IMG/VR virus record: IMGVR_UViG_3300042254_000186
Location: 1 to 64,000 of that record
Origin: a virus
Lineage: Duplodnaviria; Caudoviricetes
Strand: one strand, 5' to 3'
DNA length: 64,000 nucleotides
Part shown: positions 26,801 through 37,167 of the stretch, one piece after another
Position numbering within the stretch: position 1 is the first letter of the stretch
Layout: every line of letters begins with the position of its first letter
The notes under the pieces: model-generated
Told to the model about the DNA's origin: nothing
Databases searched by the model: none
Seen by the model: only the letters and a program-made list of their open reading frames with translations
Translations under genes and position numbers: made by a program

Positions 26801-28810
26801 ATGGCAGAAACAGTCAAAGGACTAAATATCAAACTGACCCTTGATGGTAAGGATTTAGAAAACGAATTAAACGGCATCAAGAAAGAACTCAAGGAACAAA
26901 ACAAAGACTTAAGAGCGATTAATACCAACCTTCGATACGATAGTACTAATCTTGATTTATGGAAACAAAAACAGTCAAAACTAAATGATATCTTAGTCCA
27001 AACAAAGAAGAAACTTGAAACTCAAAACCAGGAACTTGATCGTGCGAAAAAAGCTGTCCAAGTCGGTGATATGAGTCAAGAAGAGTTTAATAAGCTCAAA
27101 CGAAACGTCATATACACCGAAGCTGAAATAGCTAAGATGAATGGACAGTTGGAAAAAACATCAGATAAGATTAAACAACTAAGTAATGCTAATTTCGAGA
27201 AGATTGGTAAACTTGGTTCGACATTAACGAAAAGTGTAACGGTACCTATATTGGGTGCCGTTTCTGCTTTAACTGCCTTTTCAGTAAAAGCTGCATATAC
27301 TGCAGATGAAATTGGAGACACAGCTGAGAAGATCGGATTATCTGCTGAAGCATTTCAAGAGTGGAATCATACTGCGACCATTTTAGGTGTATCAACCGAA
27401 AGAATGGAACGAGCATTTGTAAAAGTTAATGGGATTCTTGGAGATATCGCTACAGGTAATGGAGACAAGTATGCTGAAAGTTTGGCATTGATTGGGTTAT
27501 CACTTGATGATTTAGAAGGAAAAAATACAGATGAAGCATTCAATCTAATCCGTGATGCTTTAAGTGAAGTAGAAAATGAAGCGATTCGACTTGGTGTGGC
27601 TAATGACTTGCTGAGTGAGAGAGTAGCAGCTGACATCATTCCAGTATTAACTCAAGAAGCATCTACAATAAATGATTTAAGAAATGAAGCTCAAGAGTTA
27701 GGTGTTGTTACAAATGAACAGGCTGCTCAAGCAGGAGAATTCACTGATGCACTTGATCGTACCAAACAAGCGGTATCTAGTTTGGGTATTGATCTAGCAA
27801 GTACATTGTTACCAGTTATCCAGGAACTTATCATCAAAGTCAGAGACAATGTAATCCCTACATTAAAAGACTGGATTGACAAATGGAACAACATGGATTC
27901 AGGAACCAAGAAAATCATTGCAACTCTTATTGGATTAGTTGCAGCAATAGGGCCAGTACTTTCTGTTGTTGGCAAAGTAGGTCCTCTTTTAAATGCTGGA
28001 TCGATGGCACTTAAAGCAGTAGGAACATCAGGTATATTTGCTGGAGTAGGAATCAATGCTGCTACTTTAGGTATTGGTGCTCTCATTGCAATATTAGCAG
28101 TAGCCTTGTTCCAAAGTGAAGAGTTCAAAGCATTATTAGGAAGACTTATGGAAACATTCATGCAGTTACTTCCACCTATTTTAGCGATTGTTGATAGTTT
28201 GATGACGGCTCTTCAACCTATCCTAGATGTGATTATTGATTTAGTTGTTATGTTAGTTGATCTATTAGTTCCAATTCTAGATGTTATCCTTACGCCACTC
28301 ATCACACAAATTCAAATGTTTGCTGAGATACTAGGATTATTAGCACCACTGATTACCGTTGTAGGTGAAGTGTTGAATGCAATACTAGTTCCAGCGATTA
28401 ATGTACTCAAGACAGTACTTGAACCAGTACTTAATGTTGTTCAGAAGATTGTTGAATTTATCCAGAAAATATTCGAGTGGATTGGAGATCTACCTTCAAA
28501 GATTGGTGATTTTGGTGGTAAAGTAAAAGATACATTTTCAAACGTGACTGAAGGCATCTCGAACATTGCGAATAAAGTAACGGATGGGATTAGTGACTTT
28601 GCTTCAAATGCAGCAGATAAAGTCAGTGGATTTTTTGGAGGTATTGGAGATTTCTTTTCTGATACATTTAACTTAAAAGGATCGAGTACAGTTAACAATT
28701 CAAACTCTAGTTCATCAACAAGCAATACAAACAATATCACTATAAATACAACATCACCAACCTTTGATGTGGATTCCATCAATAAGGCATTAGGAGGTAG
28801 TGTGATATGA
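26801..28810 (+). CDS. Tape measure protein
   Basis: IKG-like start, long helical A/L/I-rich repeats; position. Confidence 0.88.
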   Translation: MAETVKGLNIKLTLDGKDLENELNGIKKELKEQNKDLRAINTNLRYDSTNLDLWKQKQSKLNDILVQTKKKLETQNQELDRAKKAVQVGDMSQEEFNKLKRNVIYTEAEIAKMNGQLEKTSDKIKQLSNANFEKIGKLGSTLTKSVTVPILGAVSALTAFSVKAAYTADEIGDTAEKIGLSAEAFQEWNHTATILGVSTERMERAFVKVNGILGDIATGNGDKYAESLALIGLSLDDLEGKNTDEAFNLIRDALSEVENEAIRLGVANDLLSERVAADIIPVLTQEASTINDLRNEAQELGVVTNEQAAQAGEFTDALDRTKQAVSSLGIDLASTLLPVIQELIIKVRDNVIPTLKDWIDKWNNMDSGTKKIIATLIGLVAAIGPVLSVVGKVGPLLNAGSMALKAVGTSGIFAGVGINAATLGIGALIAILAVALFQSEEFKALLGRLMETFMQLLPPILAIVDSLMTALQPILDVIIDLVVMLVDLLVPILDVILTPLITQIQMFAEILGLLAPLITVVGEVLNAILVPAINVLKTVLEPVLNVVQKIVEFIQKIFEWIGDLPSKIGDFGGKVKDTFSNVTEGISNIANKVTDGISDFASNAADKVSGFFGGIGDFFSDTFNLKGSSTVNNSNSSSSTSNTNNITINTTSPTFDVDSINKALGGSVI

Positions 28811-29637
28811 TCAGACAATTTTATCTAGAAAACGAGTATGGCGATATATATTATTTCAATCATAAGAATCAGACTCTAATTGCTCAAGTGAGTGGTCTTG
28901 GTTTTTCTTTGGATATGAAGTATTTAGAATATAGTCGTTTTTATTCTCGATCAGAATATAACATTCCTTTGTCAGAGATTTCTGAAACATTAATCTTTCT
29001 AAAGGGATATCAGGGATATAAGTCCTTCGTGGATTTTATTAGTAAAAGCAATAAAGAATATAAACTGCATTATCAAAACGATGCATTCAGCGCGTACTGT
29101 TATGTTGATATTGCTAGTTTATCGAAAGCTGAGTTGATCGCAGGTACCATTCAAAGTAACATCGTGTTTAAAAAATTGTCACTTTGGTTAAAAGAAAAAT
29201 CATATGAAATTATCGCAAATGGATCTTCAAGTGGTAAGGTTTATCCATATTCTTATCCATATTACTATTCAAGTTCATATGAAGGTAAGGTATTTATTAG
29301 AAATGAAGGGTTAAATGATGCACCAACTGTCATAGAAATGATAGGAAGTGTTATTGATCCAGAAGTGCTAATCAAGAAGAATGGAGAAGTGGTATCTGTA
29401 TTACGTTTATATTTAACTGCAGAAGATATAACTATTACCGTCAACTCTATTCCAAGTAAACAAGAAATGGTGATGGATGAATCAGGTGTTGTTACTGACA
29501 TTTATGGATTGCAGGACTTTGAAGAAGACAACTTTATTTTCCTAGAACATGGAGATTATGAAATTGAATTCAAACCAGGCGTAGCTACAGAATCGATTTG
29601 CAGGGTGACAGTCCTAGAAGGCTATTTAGGCATATAG
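28807..29637 (+). CDS. Distal tail (Dit)-like protein
   Basis: YPYSYPYYY, NEG...P.VI, F.FLEHG motifs; follows the tape measure gene. Confidence 0.7.
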   Translation: MIRQFYLENEYGDIYYFNHKNQTLIAQVSGLGFSLDMKYLEYSRFYSRSEYNIPLSEISETLIFLKGYQGYKSFVDFISKSNKEYKLHYQNDAFSAYCYVDIASLSKAELIAGTIQSNIVFKKLSLWLKEKSYEIIANGSSSGKVYPYSYPYYYSSSYEGKVFIRNEGLNDAPTVIEMIGSVIDPEVLIKKNGEVVSVLRLYLTAEDITITVNSIPSKQEMVMDESGVVTDIYGLQDFEEDNFIFLEHGDYEIEFKPGVATESICRVTVLEGYLGI

Positions 29638-29640
29638 GAT

Positions 29641-30759
29641 ATGAAACTACTATTTCTTGATCGTAGCACTTTGCAGTACAAGGACAATGCATACGTCAGT
29701 AATCAGTTTGAACTCGTTCTTGATATGGTGCTCATAAAGAGATCAACATTCAAAGTAAACAAGACCAACATTAACTGCACCATTGGTGATATTGTTGTTC
29801 TTAAGAATGATGTCTATTCATATATAGGAATCTTAGAAAGCATCGAGCTAAATGATGATTACACAACGAACATAAAGTCTCTCGATTTCAGGGAGATTTT
29901 TAATTTAGATATACCTGCTATAAGTTTTACTGGTGACCTTGCTGATTACCTTTATCAAATTATCACTGACTATTTCAAGAACAATTCAGATCAAAAACAG
30001 AACCTGCCCTATTTGACTGTAATTAGAGAAACAAGCATATCAGGAAGTCTTAGCTTTGAAACAGATAACATCATCAATATGTCAAAAATATTTGAACTTG
30101 TTTCAAAGGGATACGGTATCAGCTTTAGAACCGATGTTACTTATTTAAGAGGTCGCATTACAGGTATCATATTTAGGATTGTTAGTGTGAATCAAGGTAT
30201 GGTAATCAAGAGTGATTTTTCATCTATCTTGAATGTAGAAACCAATGATTCCACCAGCCAACTTGTGAATAAGGTCGTCTATTATCCAAGAAGTGATAAT
30301 CAGATCTATCAAACAATCAAGACATTCTATTTGCTTACAACTGGAGAAATCACGGAAGATGGGACATCAGATGATAGATATACAAGTGTTATGGCCAAGA
30401 GTTATATTTATACGGATAACGATTATGAAACACTAGAAACTAAAGCAAAAAGTGAAATGGTAACATCCAAACTAGATCACAATATAACATTTACAATTGA
30501 CATGAAAAACAAGGTGTTTGTTCCATTTGAGAATATCTATCTTGGTGATTATGTCTCTTTTATTCATAAAGAGAAAACATATGAATCAGTGATAACAGGC
30601 ATCACATTCAAAGATTCATTTAACTATGCAGCGATTACATTAGGAGAGTATCGAGTGAAGCTAACAGAAAAAATACAGCTACTTAGTAAAAATACAAGTA
30701 GTGGGCAGGCAAGCAATATTACAATTACCAATACAGACATCGATGGAGGTGAGTTCTGA
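29641..30759 (+). CDS. Baseplate hub / Tal-like tail protein
   Basis: YLGDYV...ITG...TLGE C-terminal pattern; position. Confidence 0.6.
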   Translation: MKLLFLDRSTLQYKDNAYVSNQFELVLDMVLIKRSTFKVNKTNINCTIGDIVVLKNDVYSYIGILESIELNDDYTTNIKSLDFREIFNLDIPAISFTGDLADYLYQIITDYFKNNSDQKQNLPYLTVIRETSISGSLSFETDNIINMSKIFELVSKGYGISFRTDVTYLRGRITGIIFRIVSVNQGMVIKSDFSSILNVETNDSTSQLVNKVVYYPRSDNQIYQTIKTFYLLTTGEITEDGTSDDRYTSVMAKSYIYTDNDYETLETKAKSEMVTSKLDHNITFTIDMKNKVFVPFENIYLGDYVSFIHKEKTYESVITGITFKDSFNYAAITLGEYRVKLTEKIQLLSKNTSSGQASNITITNTDIDGGEF

Positions 30760-31532
30760 TGGGATTACAAAAAATCACTTTTGAAGGTGGTAATGTCACA
30801 TCAAAGATCGATTCCGATTTATATCATTTTCTATTTTCAAGTGATGTAGGAATCTTAAAAGGATTAAAAAATGAATGCGGTTATACGTTAGCCAATAATA
30901 CCATTACATTCAGCGATGGTTACGTTTCGGTTTATGGAAGAATCATCTATGTTGAAAATCAGACAACGATTGGTGTAACACCAGATTCAAGTAAGTATGG
31001 ATATGTTGTTTTAGGAGTAAATACGTCTGATAACACAGTCATCTTATATTTGAAAGAGCAGACCGGTAGCTATCCATCTTTAATAGTTACTAATCTTCTG
31101 ACAACTGATGGACTTTATGAACTGGCATTGTGTGCTTATACGAAAACAACGACATCAGTAACACTGACAAGTTATTCTAGAAAGTTGATAACTAACGATA
31201 AAACCAGAGTGGATGATTTAGATGATGAAATATTAAGCAAATATCTGCCAAAGCGAAGAACATTAACGCAAGTAACTGCTGGTAAATATCGTTTTTCTGG
31301 TACTAGTTCAGTTGAACTTAGAGATTCAATCATCTATGTGACTATCAACAATCATACAGTCGTGACTTTCCCAGGAGAGCAAATGTTTTTGTTTGTTGGA
31401 TCTAACACATCCGTATCTTATCGATATGCTTCAGGAGATTACTCATTAAGTGTTGTATATGAAGATGGCATCGTCACATTAACAACTGGTAACACAACAC
31501 ACAACATCACAAGTGTGTTTACAAAAAAATAG
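30759..31532 (+). CDS. Baseplate/tail-tip protein
   Basis: Beta-rich, G...YGR motif, translationally coupled. Confidence 0.55.
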   Translation: MGLQKITFEGGNVTSKIDSDLYHFLFSSDVGILKGLKNECGYTLANNTITFSDGYVSVYGRIIYVENQTTIGVTPDSSKYGYVVLGVNTSDNTVILYLKEQTGSYPSLIVTNLLTTDGLYELALCAYTKTTTSVTLTSYSRKLITNDKTRVDDLDDEILSKYLPKRRTLTQVTAGKYRFSGTSSVELRDSIIYVTINNHTVVTFPGEQMFLFVGSNTSVSYRYASGDYSLSVVYEDGIVTLTTGNTTHNITSVFTKK

Positions 31533-31543
31533 GAGGAATTTAA

Positions 31544-32395
31544 ATGGCTACAATTCAAATAAAAAGAAGAACCACAGCAGGAACAGGACCACTTACAGGG
31601 ACAACTGGAACTGTTAAAGCTGGAGAACCACAAGTTGATTTTAATGGTGAACATTTATACATTGCAAAAGCAGATAAAGTGGCGAGTGTTTCTGTACCGC
31701 TTGCTGAATCAGATTACTTGAAAATACCTGGTGTAGATAAAGTTGACGATCAGATTGATACAAAGATTACTGCATTAAATTTAGGAACTGCAGCAACAAA
31801 GAATACAGGAACTGGCAGTGGAAACATTCCAATTCTTAATTCAAGTGGGAAATTAGCAGATAGTGTTGTACCTAAGATTGCGATGACAAATACATATGTT
31901 GTTGCAAGTCAAACAGCGATGCTTACCTTATCAAGCGCACAGGAAGGCGACGTTGCCGTAAGAACCGACTTAAATAAGTCTTTTATCCTAAAGGCATCAC
32001 CTTATTCAACGCTTGCTAACTGGCAAGAACTTTTAACACCTACCGATGCTGTAACGAGTGTCAATGGGTCTACTGGTGCAGTAACGATTTCACTAGCTGG
32101 ACTTGGTGGTGTTGCAGCATCAACTTACAATACTCACGTTGCATCTAACCTTCATTTAACATCTGACCAAAGAACTATACTTAATAATGTAAAAGATGTT
32201 CAAATTTTTGATACCGATGGTATAAGCCTGGCGTCATCAGTAACAGACTATGCAAATTCGGTAATTGTTGATGGATTAATATATTACCCAATTGTCGACT
32301 CAAACTACACACCAACTAGAATTACATATAAGTTGGGTATTGATGAAACCAAAGTTCTACAACCATCCTCAATTATTGATGGTGGTACATATTAA
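31544..32395 (+). CDS. Tail fibre / receptor-binding protein
   Basis: IQIKRR...GEP Mtd-N-like start, LGTAATKNTG, VTSVNGSTGAV, IDGGTY end. Confidence 0.7.
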   Translation: MATIQIKRRTTAGTGPLTGTTGTVKAGEPQVDFNGEHLYIAKADKVASVSVPLAESDYLKIPGVDKVDDQIDTKITALNLGTAATKNTGTGSGNIPILNSSGKLADSVVPKIAMTNTYVVASQTAMLTLSSAQEGDVAVRTDLNKSFILKASPYSTLANWQELLTPTDAVTSVNGSTGAVTISLAGLGGVAASTYNTHVASNLHLTSDQRTILNNVKDVQIFDTDGISLASSVTDYANSVIVDGLIYYPIVDSNYTPTRITYKLGIDETKVLQPSSIIDGGTY

Positions 32396-33075
32396 TGGCT
32401 ATTATCAGAGTCAAACGTGGTACTACAACTCCAACAACATCTAACCTATCATACTTAGGTGAGCTTGCATTTGACTATTCAAACGAAGCATTATACGCAA
32501 GAGGAACATCATCTGTAGTAAAAATAGGCGGTGCTTTAGAACAAGTATATTTTTATCAAGGATACTCCTATTATCACAGTTTGACATATCCATTTGATCC
32601 GGACTACATTTATAAAGTTCATGTAATTGCATCAACTCAAGGAACATCAGTCGATACTTCTGATACGTACATTTACTATCGAACATCTAGTAACTCAAGT
32701 TTATATGGGGCATATATCAATCATCACTTAAATACCGAAGATACTGTTCATGATAAAAGATCTAGCACTAATACGACCGCAAAATACATCGAGGATAGTT
32801 ATGCAACCGGTCCAACAATTACGAGTGGAATTACGAAAGTCATTGATTTTGAGATTTCACCGACATTTAAAGCGAACTATGTTGATACACAAGTCTGGGT
32901 AGCATATGGAAAAAGTATGACGACACTTTCTGGACAAGGTAATGGATCGATTAAGATGGTCGATTTTGTACATACAGCATATGGAGATTTAGGTGCTTTG
33001 TATATCAATCCAGGTATGTCTGTGGGCTCACCTGATAGTATTTCAGTAACAATTTATAGAATGAAAAGAAAGTAG
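32395..33075 (+). CDS. Second tail fibre / receptor-binding protein
   Basis: IRVKRGT...LGELAFD Mtd-N-like start. Confidence 0.6.
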   Translation: MAIIRVKRGTTTPTTSNLSYLGELAFDYSNEALYARGTSSVVKIGGALEQVYFYQGYSYYHSLTYPFDPDYIYKVHVIASTQGTSVDTSDTYIYYRTSSNSSLYGAYINHHLNTEDTVHDKRSSTNTTAKYIEDSYATGPTITSGITKVIDFEISPTFKANYVDTQVWVAYGKSMTTLSGQGNGSIKMVDFVHTAYGDLGALYINPGMSVGSPDSISVTIYRMKRK

Positions 33076-33083
33076 GAGTCATT

Positions 33084-33419
33084 ATGGCAATTATTAAAGA
33101 ACTAAATACGAAGTTTGGAGTTGGTGCATCATATCACCGAATTACAGCATTCAACATCAGTTACTCCAATAAGAAAATCACCATTTGCGTAGCCTCATAC
33201 TTAACAAAAGAAGCAAGAGCGGGTAAGAGTGAGCCAATAGAAGAAGTTGATATATCAATTCCAATCGCTGATTTTAAGTTATTTTTGGGAGTGAATCCGA
33301 TTGAAGCAGGATATGGTTGGCTCAAACAAAATGTCATTGGATTTGAAGAGGCGGTCGATGATTATGATGCTGTTGAACCATCTCTACCTGAACCAATCGA
33401 GGAGGCACCAAATGAATGA
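33084..33419 (+). CDS. Phage protein (tail-associated)
   Basis: RBS, operon position. Confidence 0.6.
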   Translation: MAIIKELNTKFGVGASYHRITAFNISYSNKKITICVASYLTKEARAGKSEPIEEVDISIPIADFKLFLGVNPIEAGYGWLKQNVIGFEEAVDDYDAVEPSLPEPIEEAPNE

Positions 33420-34050
33420 TATTTATAATCTCATAAAAGAAACATTTCCAAACACTGAAATTCTACTTATTTATTATGGGGGTTCTAAAGCATATGGATT
33501 AGATGAAAACACTAGTGATATTGATGTTACTGTAGTTCTAGAAGGTTTCAAAGGAATCCTCCATTTATTTATTGGTAAATATGACCTGTTTGTTTTCTCA
33601 AAAGAGGATTTTATTAAGAGACAACAATTTGATGATTCAATCATCGCTTATCATAGACAAGCTGCAGATAATATTCTAGGTATTAAAACAAATGAATATT
33701 ATTTAAATCCTGTGTTTTCTGATGAATTAGAAATTATGATTTCTAATGTTGACAATTCATTTATTTGCAACTTAATAGATGCTTTATTAATCTATTCAAA
33801 AAGCGTGTTTGAAGTTAATCAAAAATCGAAAGCATTTTATCATCTATATAGACTAAGAGGTATGATAGAACATTATATGCAAACAGGTGTATTCGATTTA
33901 ATCGTTGATGAACCTTGGAAAAGTAAAATGATTGAGTATAAAGCAAACTATAAAACCAACCCAGAGGCAAATTATGAAGAAGAAATAGTATTCTTGTTTG
34001 AATACTTAGAAAATTACCGAAATGAGATGATTGAACGTGGACTGGGATAA
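33412..34050 (+). CDS. DNA polymerase beta-superfamily nucleotidyltransferase
   Basis: GGSKAYGLDENTSDIDV (GS-x-DxD) motif; GGAGG RBS before ATG 33412. Confidence 0.75.
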   Translation: MNDIYNLIKETFPNTEILLIYYGGSKAYGLDENTSDIDVTVVLEGFKGILHLFIGKYDLFVFSKEDFIKRQQFDDSIIAYHRQAADNILGIKTNEYYLNPVFSDELEIMISNVDNSFICNLIDALLIYSKSVFEVNQKSKAFYHLYRLRGMIEHYMQTGVFDLIVDEPWKSKMIEYKANYKTNPEANYEEEIVFLFEYLENYRNEMIERGLG

Positions 34051-34363
34051 TCTTTTACATTTATTTAGAATGGAAAACTTAATATATTGGATTGTAACAA
34101 TGGTAGTCGTTATCCTTACCACAATAAAACAATTCAACAGACAAGAAAAGAACAACAAAACAAAGAACGATCAAATCATGGTAAACCTACAAAAAATAGA
34201 AAAGCAGAACGTGAAGATGATAGGCTTATTGGAACTGCATTCAAAGGACATTAAAACATTGAAAAAGGATGTAAATGTACTAGAACACAGAGTTTCAAGA
34301 CTAGAAGATTCACAAGTTAACATTTATAGACACATAGGAGGAAAAGATAATGACAACACTTGA
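34031..34363 (+). CDS. Holin-like protein (one TM + coiled coil)
   Basis: Hydrophobic LIYWIVTMVVVILTTI then coiled coil; lysis-module position. Confidence 0.55.
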   Translation: MNVDWDNLLHLFRMENLIYWIVTMVVVILTTIKQFNRQEKNNKTKNDQIMVNLQKIEKQNVKMIGLLELHSKDIKTLKKDVNVLEHRVSRLEDSQVNIYRHIGGKDNDNT

Positions 34364-34844
34364 GATAATTTTATTGGTAATATCACTATTGTTGCTTGCG
34401 CTTTATGTAACATCAAAGCTGGGTAAAGATCAGTCATTAAATGAAGTGATTAAGGAAGTCAAAGAAGATCTAAAAAACACTGCAGAGAATGTATATGATC
34501 TTGTCAACAAAGCAACGGATATTGTTTTTGATGAATCGGTACAAAAAACAATCAAAGAATTTATTATGATTGTAGAAGAAAAGAATCAAATTGCTAAACA
34601 AAAGGGTGAAGCTTTCCTTGCAGGTGACGAGAAGAAACTCGCAGTTATTTCACGCTTTAGTGAATGGGTGAGCAATGTTACAGGGTCAACTGAAAAGGCT
34701 GTAGAGTTTGTTGAATCAAATCAGTCTAGAATTGAATCGATCATTGATGATTACGTATCTTTTACGAATAAAATGCAAGGTAAAGAATCATTATCTGAAG
34801 CAGAGAAAATCATAGCAGAAAAGTTACGTCAGAAAGACGAGTAA
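34350..34844 (+). CDS. Holin-like membrane protein
   Basis: N-terminal TM; GDEKK and IESIID pattern reminiscent of LL-H-type holins. Confidence 0.5.
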   Translation: MTTLEIILLVISLLLLALYVTSKLGKDQSLNEVIKEVKEDLKNTAENVYDLVNKATDIVFDESVQKTIKEFIMIVEEKNQIAKQKGEAFLAGDEKKLAVISRFSEWVSNVTGSTEKAVEFVESNQSRIESIIDDYVSFTNKMQGKESLSEAEKIIAEKLRQKDE

Positions 34845-34905
34845 TACTTGCTATAGTGCCTTTATTTAGGTAATATGTGACATAACCAAATCAAGGAGGA
34901 AAAGA

Positions 34906-35163
34906 ATGTTAAATCAAGTGATTTTAGTAGGACGAGTAAAGAAACTCGATAAGTTAGCAGGTATTGTTTCAATCGATATCAAGAGACCAAATGAAAAGGA
35001 TTCAGATTTGATTCCTGTCAACCTAAGTGAAGGCATTATGGACAATGTCATGGAGCACTTATCAGAAAACTCTACGATTGGAGTGAAGGCATCACTTCAT
35101 ATTGATGACAACATCTTAAGGATTGTCGGAGAAAAAGTAACATTCATTAACGCAAAAGAATAA
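34906..35163 (+). CDS. Short SSB-like OB-fold protein
   Basis: MLNQVILVGR...D.IPV...IGVK...EKVTF; own promoter and terminator. Confidence 0.7.
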   Translation: MLNQVILVGRVKKLDKLAGIVSIDIKRPNEKDSDLIPVNLSEGIMDNVMEHLSENSTIGVKASLHIDDNILRIVGEKVTFINAKE

Positions 35164-35180
35164 GCAGAGATTTAGAAACT

Positions 35181-35211
35181 GGCCGTACTGATAAAAAGGT
35201 ACGGCTTTTTT
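35181..35211 (+). terminator. Intrinsic terminator
   Basis: GGCCGTAC/GTACGGCT stem plus T-run. Confidence 0.75.
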
Positions 35212-35236
35212 ATTTGCGCTTTTTTACGTATTTATT

Positions 35237-35378
35237 GGCAAATCGTGTCATACCTCGCCATTTAACTGATGAAGGAGGTAATTGATATGAAAATGAACAA
35301 TAAAAATAATACAATTTGGATTTTTTCTACAAATAACCCGAACTTTTACACGAATTCTGCGGACTATGATTTAGGAGG
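35237..35378 (+). promoter_or_regulatory. Tandem putative promoters for sigma-like 1 and sigma-like 2 upstream of the recombinase operon
   Basis: 35237-35275 matches 5309-5347; 35335-35378 matches 61337-61380. Confidence 0.65.
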
Positions 35379-35386
35379 TAGTTCGT

Positions 35387-35653
35387 ATGAATAATGACAC
35401 ATTAATTAAAGAGTTAAGAGACAAAGGATATGGTTACAAAAAGATTGCTAATGAGCTGGAACTAAAAGTTGATACTGTTCGTTATGCTTGTTTGAGAATG
35501 GAAGAGGAAAGCCTTGTTGGTTATTGCAAACACTGTGGTCTTGAGATGAAGTCAGTAAAAGGGAAAAAGAAAAAGATATTCTGTTCGGATAGATGCAGGT
35601 GGCAATGGTGGAATGTGCAAAGAAAAGGATCAAGTCACAATGAATCGATCTAA
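35387..35653 (+). CDS. HTH + zinc-finger protein (recombinase-operon accessory, possible RDF)
   Basis: GYGYKKIANEL HTH; CKHCG...FCSDRCR..WW. Confidence 0.7.
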   Translation: MNNDTLIKELRDKGYGYKKIANELELKVDTVRYACLRMEEESLVGYCKHCGLEMKSVKGKKKKIFCSDRCRWQWWNVQRKGSSHNESI

Positions 35654-35912
35654 TTTAGAAATGTATTACCTATCCATCGCACCCATTAAATCAATGTTTG
35701 ATGAGGGGATTTTAAGTAAATCTGAATATCTTAAAGCAGAAGCATTTTTAGCAGAAAAGTATTGTATCAATAAAGGTAACATTCATCGTCTTAACAACTT
35801 GACTAAACCCCCTAAAAGAGTGATATATGGTGTAACCAAAGAGGAGGTAAAAGATGAAGGAAAAGAAGATAACCAAAATCGAAGCATTATCCAAATTACC
35901 AAAGAAAACTAG
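35640..35912 (+). CDS. SHOCT-like small protein preceding the recombinases
   Basis: MFDEGILSKSEY...LAEKY. Confidence 0.6.
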   Translation: MNRSNLEMYYLSIAPIKSMFDEGILSKSEYLKAEAFLAEKYCINKGNIHRLNNLTKPPKRVIYGVTKEEVKDEGKEDNQNRSIIQITKEN

Positions 35913-37167
35913 AGTTGCTGCTTATGCTAGGGTATCTAATGGTAAAGATGCAATGCTACATTCCTTATCTGCTCAAATCAATTATTACAAGAAAGTGATT
36001 CAAGATAATAAAGATTGGCAGTTTGTAGGAGTGTATGCAGATGAAGCTCTCACTGGAACCAAAGACTCGAGACAAGAGTTTCAGCAGCTTTTAGAAGATT
36101 CCAAAGCTGGTAAAATTGATATGATTATTACAAAGTCTATATCAAGGTTTGCAAGAAATACAATGACACTTCTTGAGACTGTAAGAGAACTTGATAAACT
36201 AAATGTTGATGTATTTTTTGAAGAACAGAATATTCACTCAATAAGCAGCGAAGGAGAAATGGTACTTACGTTATTGGCATCTGTAGCACAGGAAGAATCA
36301 AGAAGTGTTTCAGAAAATATGAAATGGCGCATTAAGAAGGAATTTCAGCAAGGTGAGATTTGGGGAGGACGATCGCCTCTTGGGTATAACTTAAAGAATA
36401 AGACGTTTCGTGTGATTCCTAAAGAAGCTGAATTGGTGCAGCTCATCTATAAACTATATGTTGATGGTAATGGTGCTGAAGCAATTTGTCAGATATTAGA
36501 TGAAAAAGGTATAAAACCTAAGGAATCTAAAAAGTGGGGTCCATCATCGATTATTAAGATTCTGTCAAATCGAAATTATACAGGTGACTTGCTATTGCAA
36601 AAGACATACTTGAACAATCATTTATCAAAGAAACAGGTTATCAATAAAGGAGAACTTGATCGATATTTGGTTAAAGGAAATCATGAGGCAATCATAAGCA
36701 AAGAATTATTCGATAAAGTACAGAGAATTAAACAAGAGCGAGCCATTAAAAACAAATCAATTCTACCAAAGAAAAAAACGTTTCTTCATGGCTTAATACA
36801 ATGTGGTAATTGTGGTTCAACTTATACACCTAAGAAGATGAGGCAGAAGGACATTTGGATTTGCTCGAAATCAGCAAGTAAAGGTCAAGATGTTTGTGAT
36901 TCTAAACTTGTCCCACATAATATAATCATTGAAGCGTCTAAGCGTGTTTTGGATATGGACCAATATAGTGAGACAATATTTAATTCGAAGGTTACTAAGA
37001 TAATCGTTCAAGCGAATAAACAACTAGATTTTCATATGAGAGACGGAGCGGTTGTCAGCTATCGTTGGCAACATAAATCAAGAAGTAAGAGTTGGACACC
37101 TGAAATGAAGGAACAAGCACGATTGAGAGCACTAGAACAACATCATGGAGGTGGAGAAAATGCCTAA
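35854..37167 (+). CDS. Large serine recombinase 1
   Basis: AAYARVS, KSISRFARN, AQEES, Y.GD..LQKT, CGNCG zinc ribbon. Confidence 0.93.
   Translation: MKEKKITKIEALSKLPKKTRVAAYARVSNGKDAMLHSLSAQINYYKKVIQDNKDWQFVGVYADEALTGTKDSRQEFQQLLEDSKAGKIDMIITKSISRFARNTMTLLETVRELDKLNVDVFFEEQNIHSISSEGEMVLTLLASVAQEESRSVSENMKWRIKKEFQQGEIWGGRSPLGYNLKNKTFRVIPKEAELVQLIYKLYVDGNGAEAICQILDEKGIKPKESKKWGPSSIIKILSNRNYTGDLLLQKTYLNNHLSKKQVINKGELDRYLVKGNHEAIISKELFDKVQRIKQERAIKNKSILPKKKTFLHGLIQCGNCGSTYTPKKMRQKDIWICSKSASKGQDVCDSKLVPHNIIIEASKRVLDMDQYSETIFNSKVTKIIVQANKQLDFHMRDGAVVSYRWQHKSRSKSWTPEMKEQARLRALEQHHGGGENA

Noticed and set aside
31544-33075. Mtd-like fibres as targets of a diversity-generating retroelement
   Set aside because: No reverse transcriptase or TR/VR repeat pair seen in the window.
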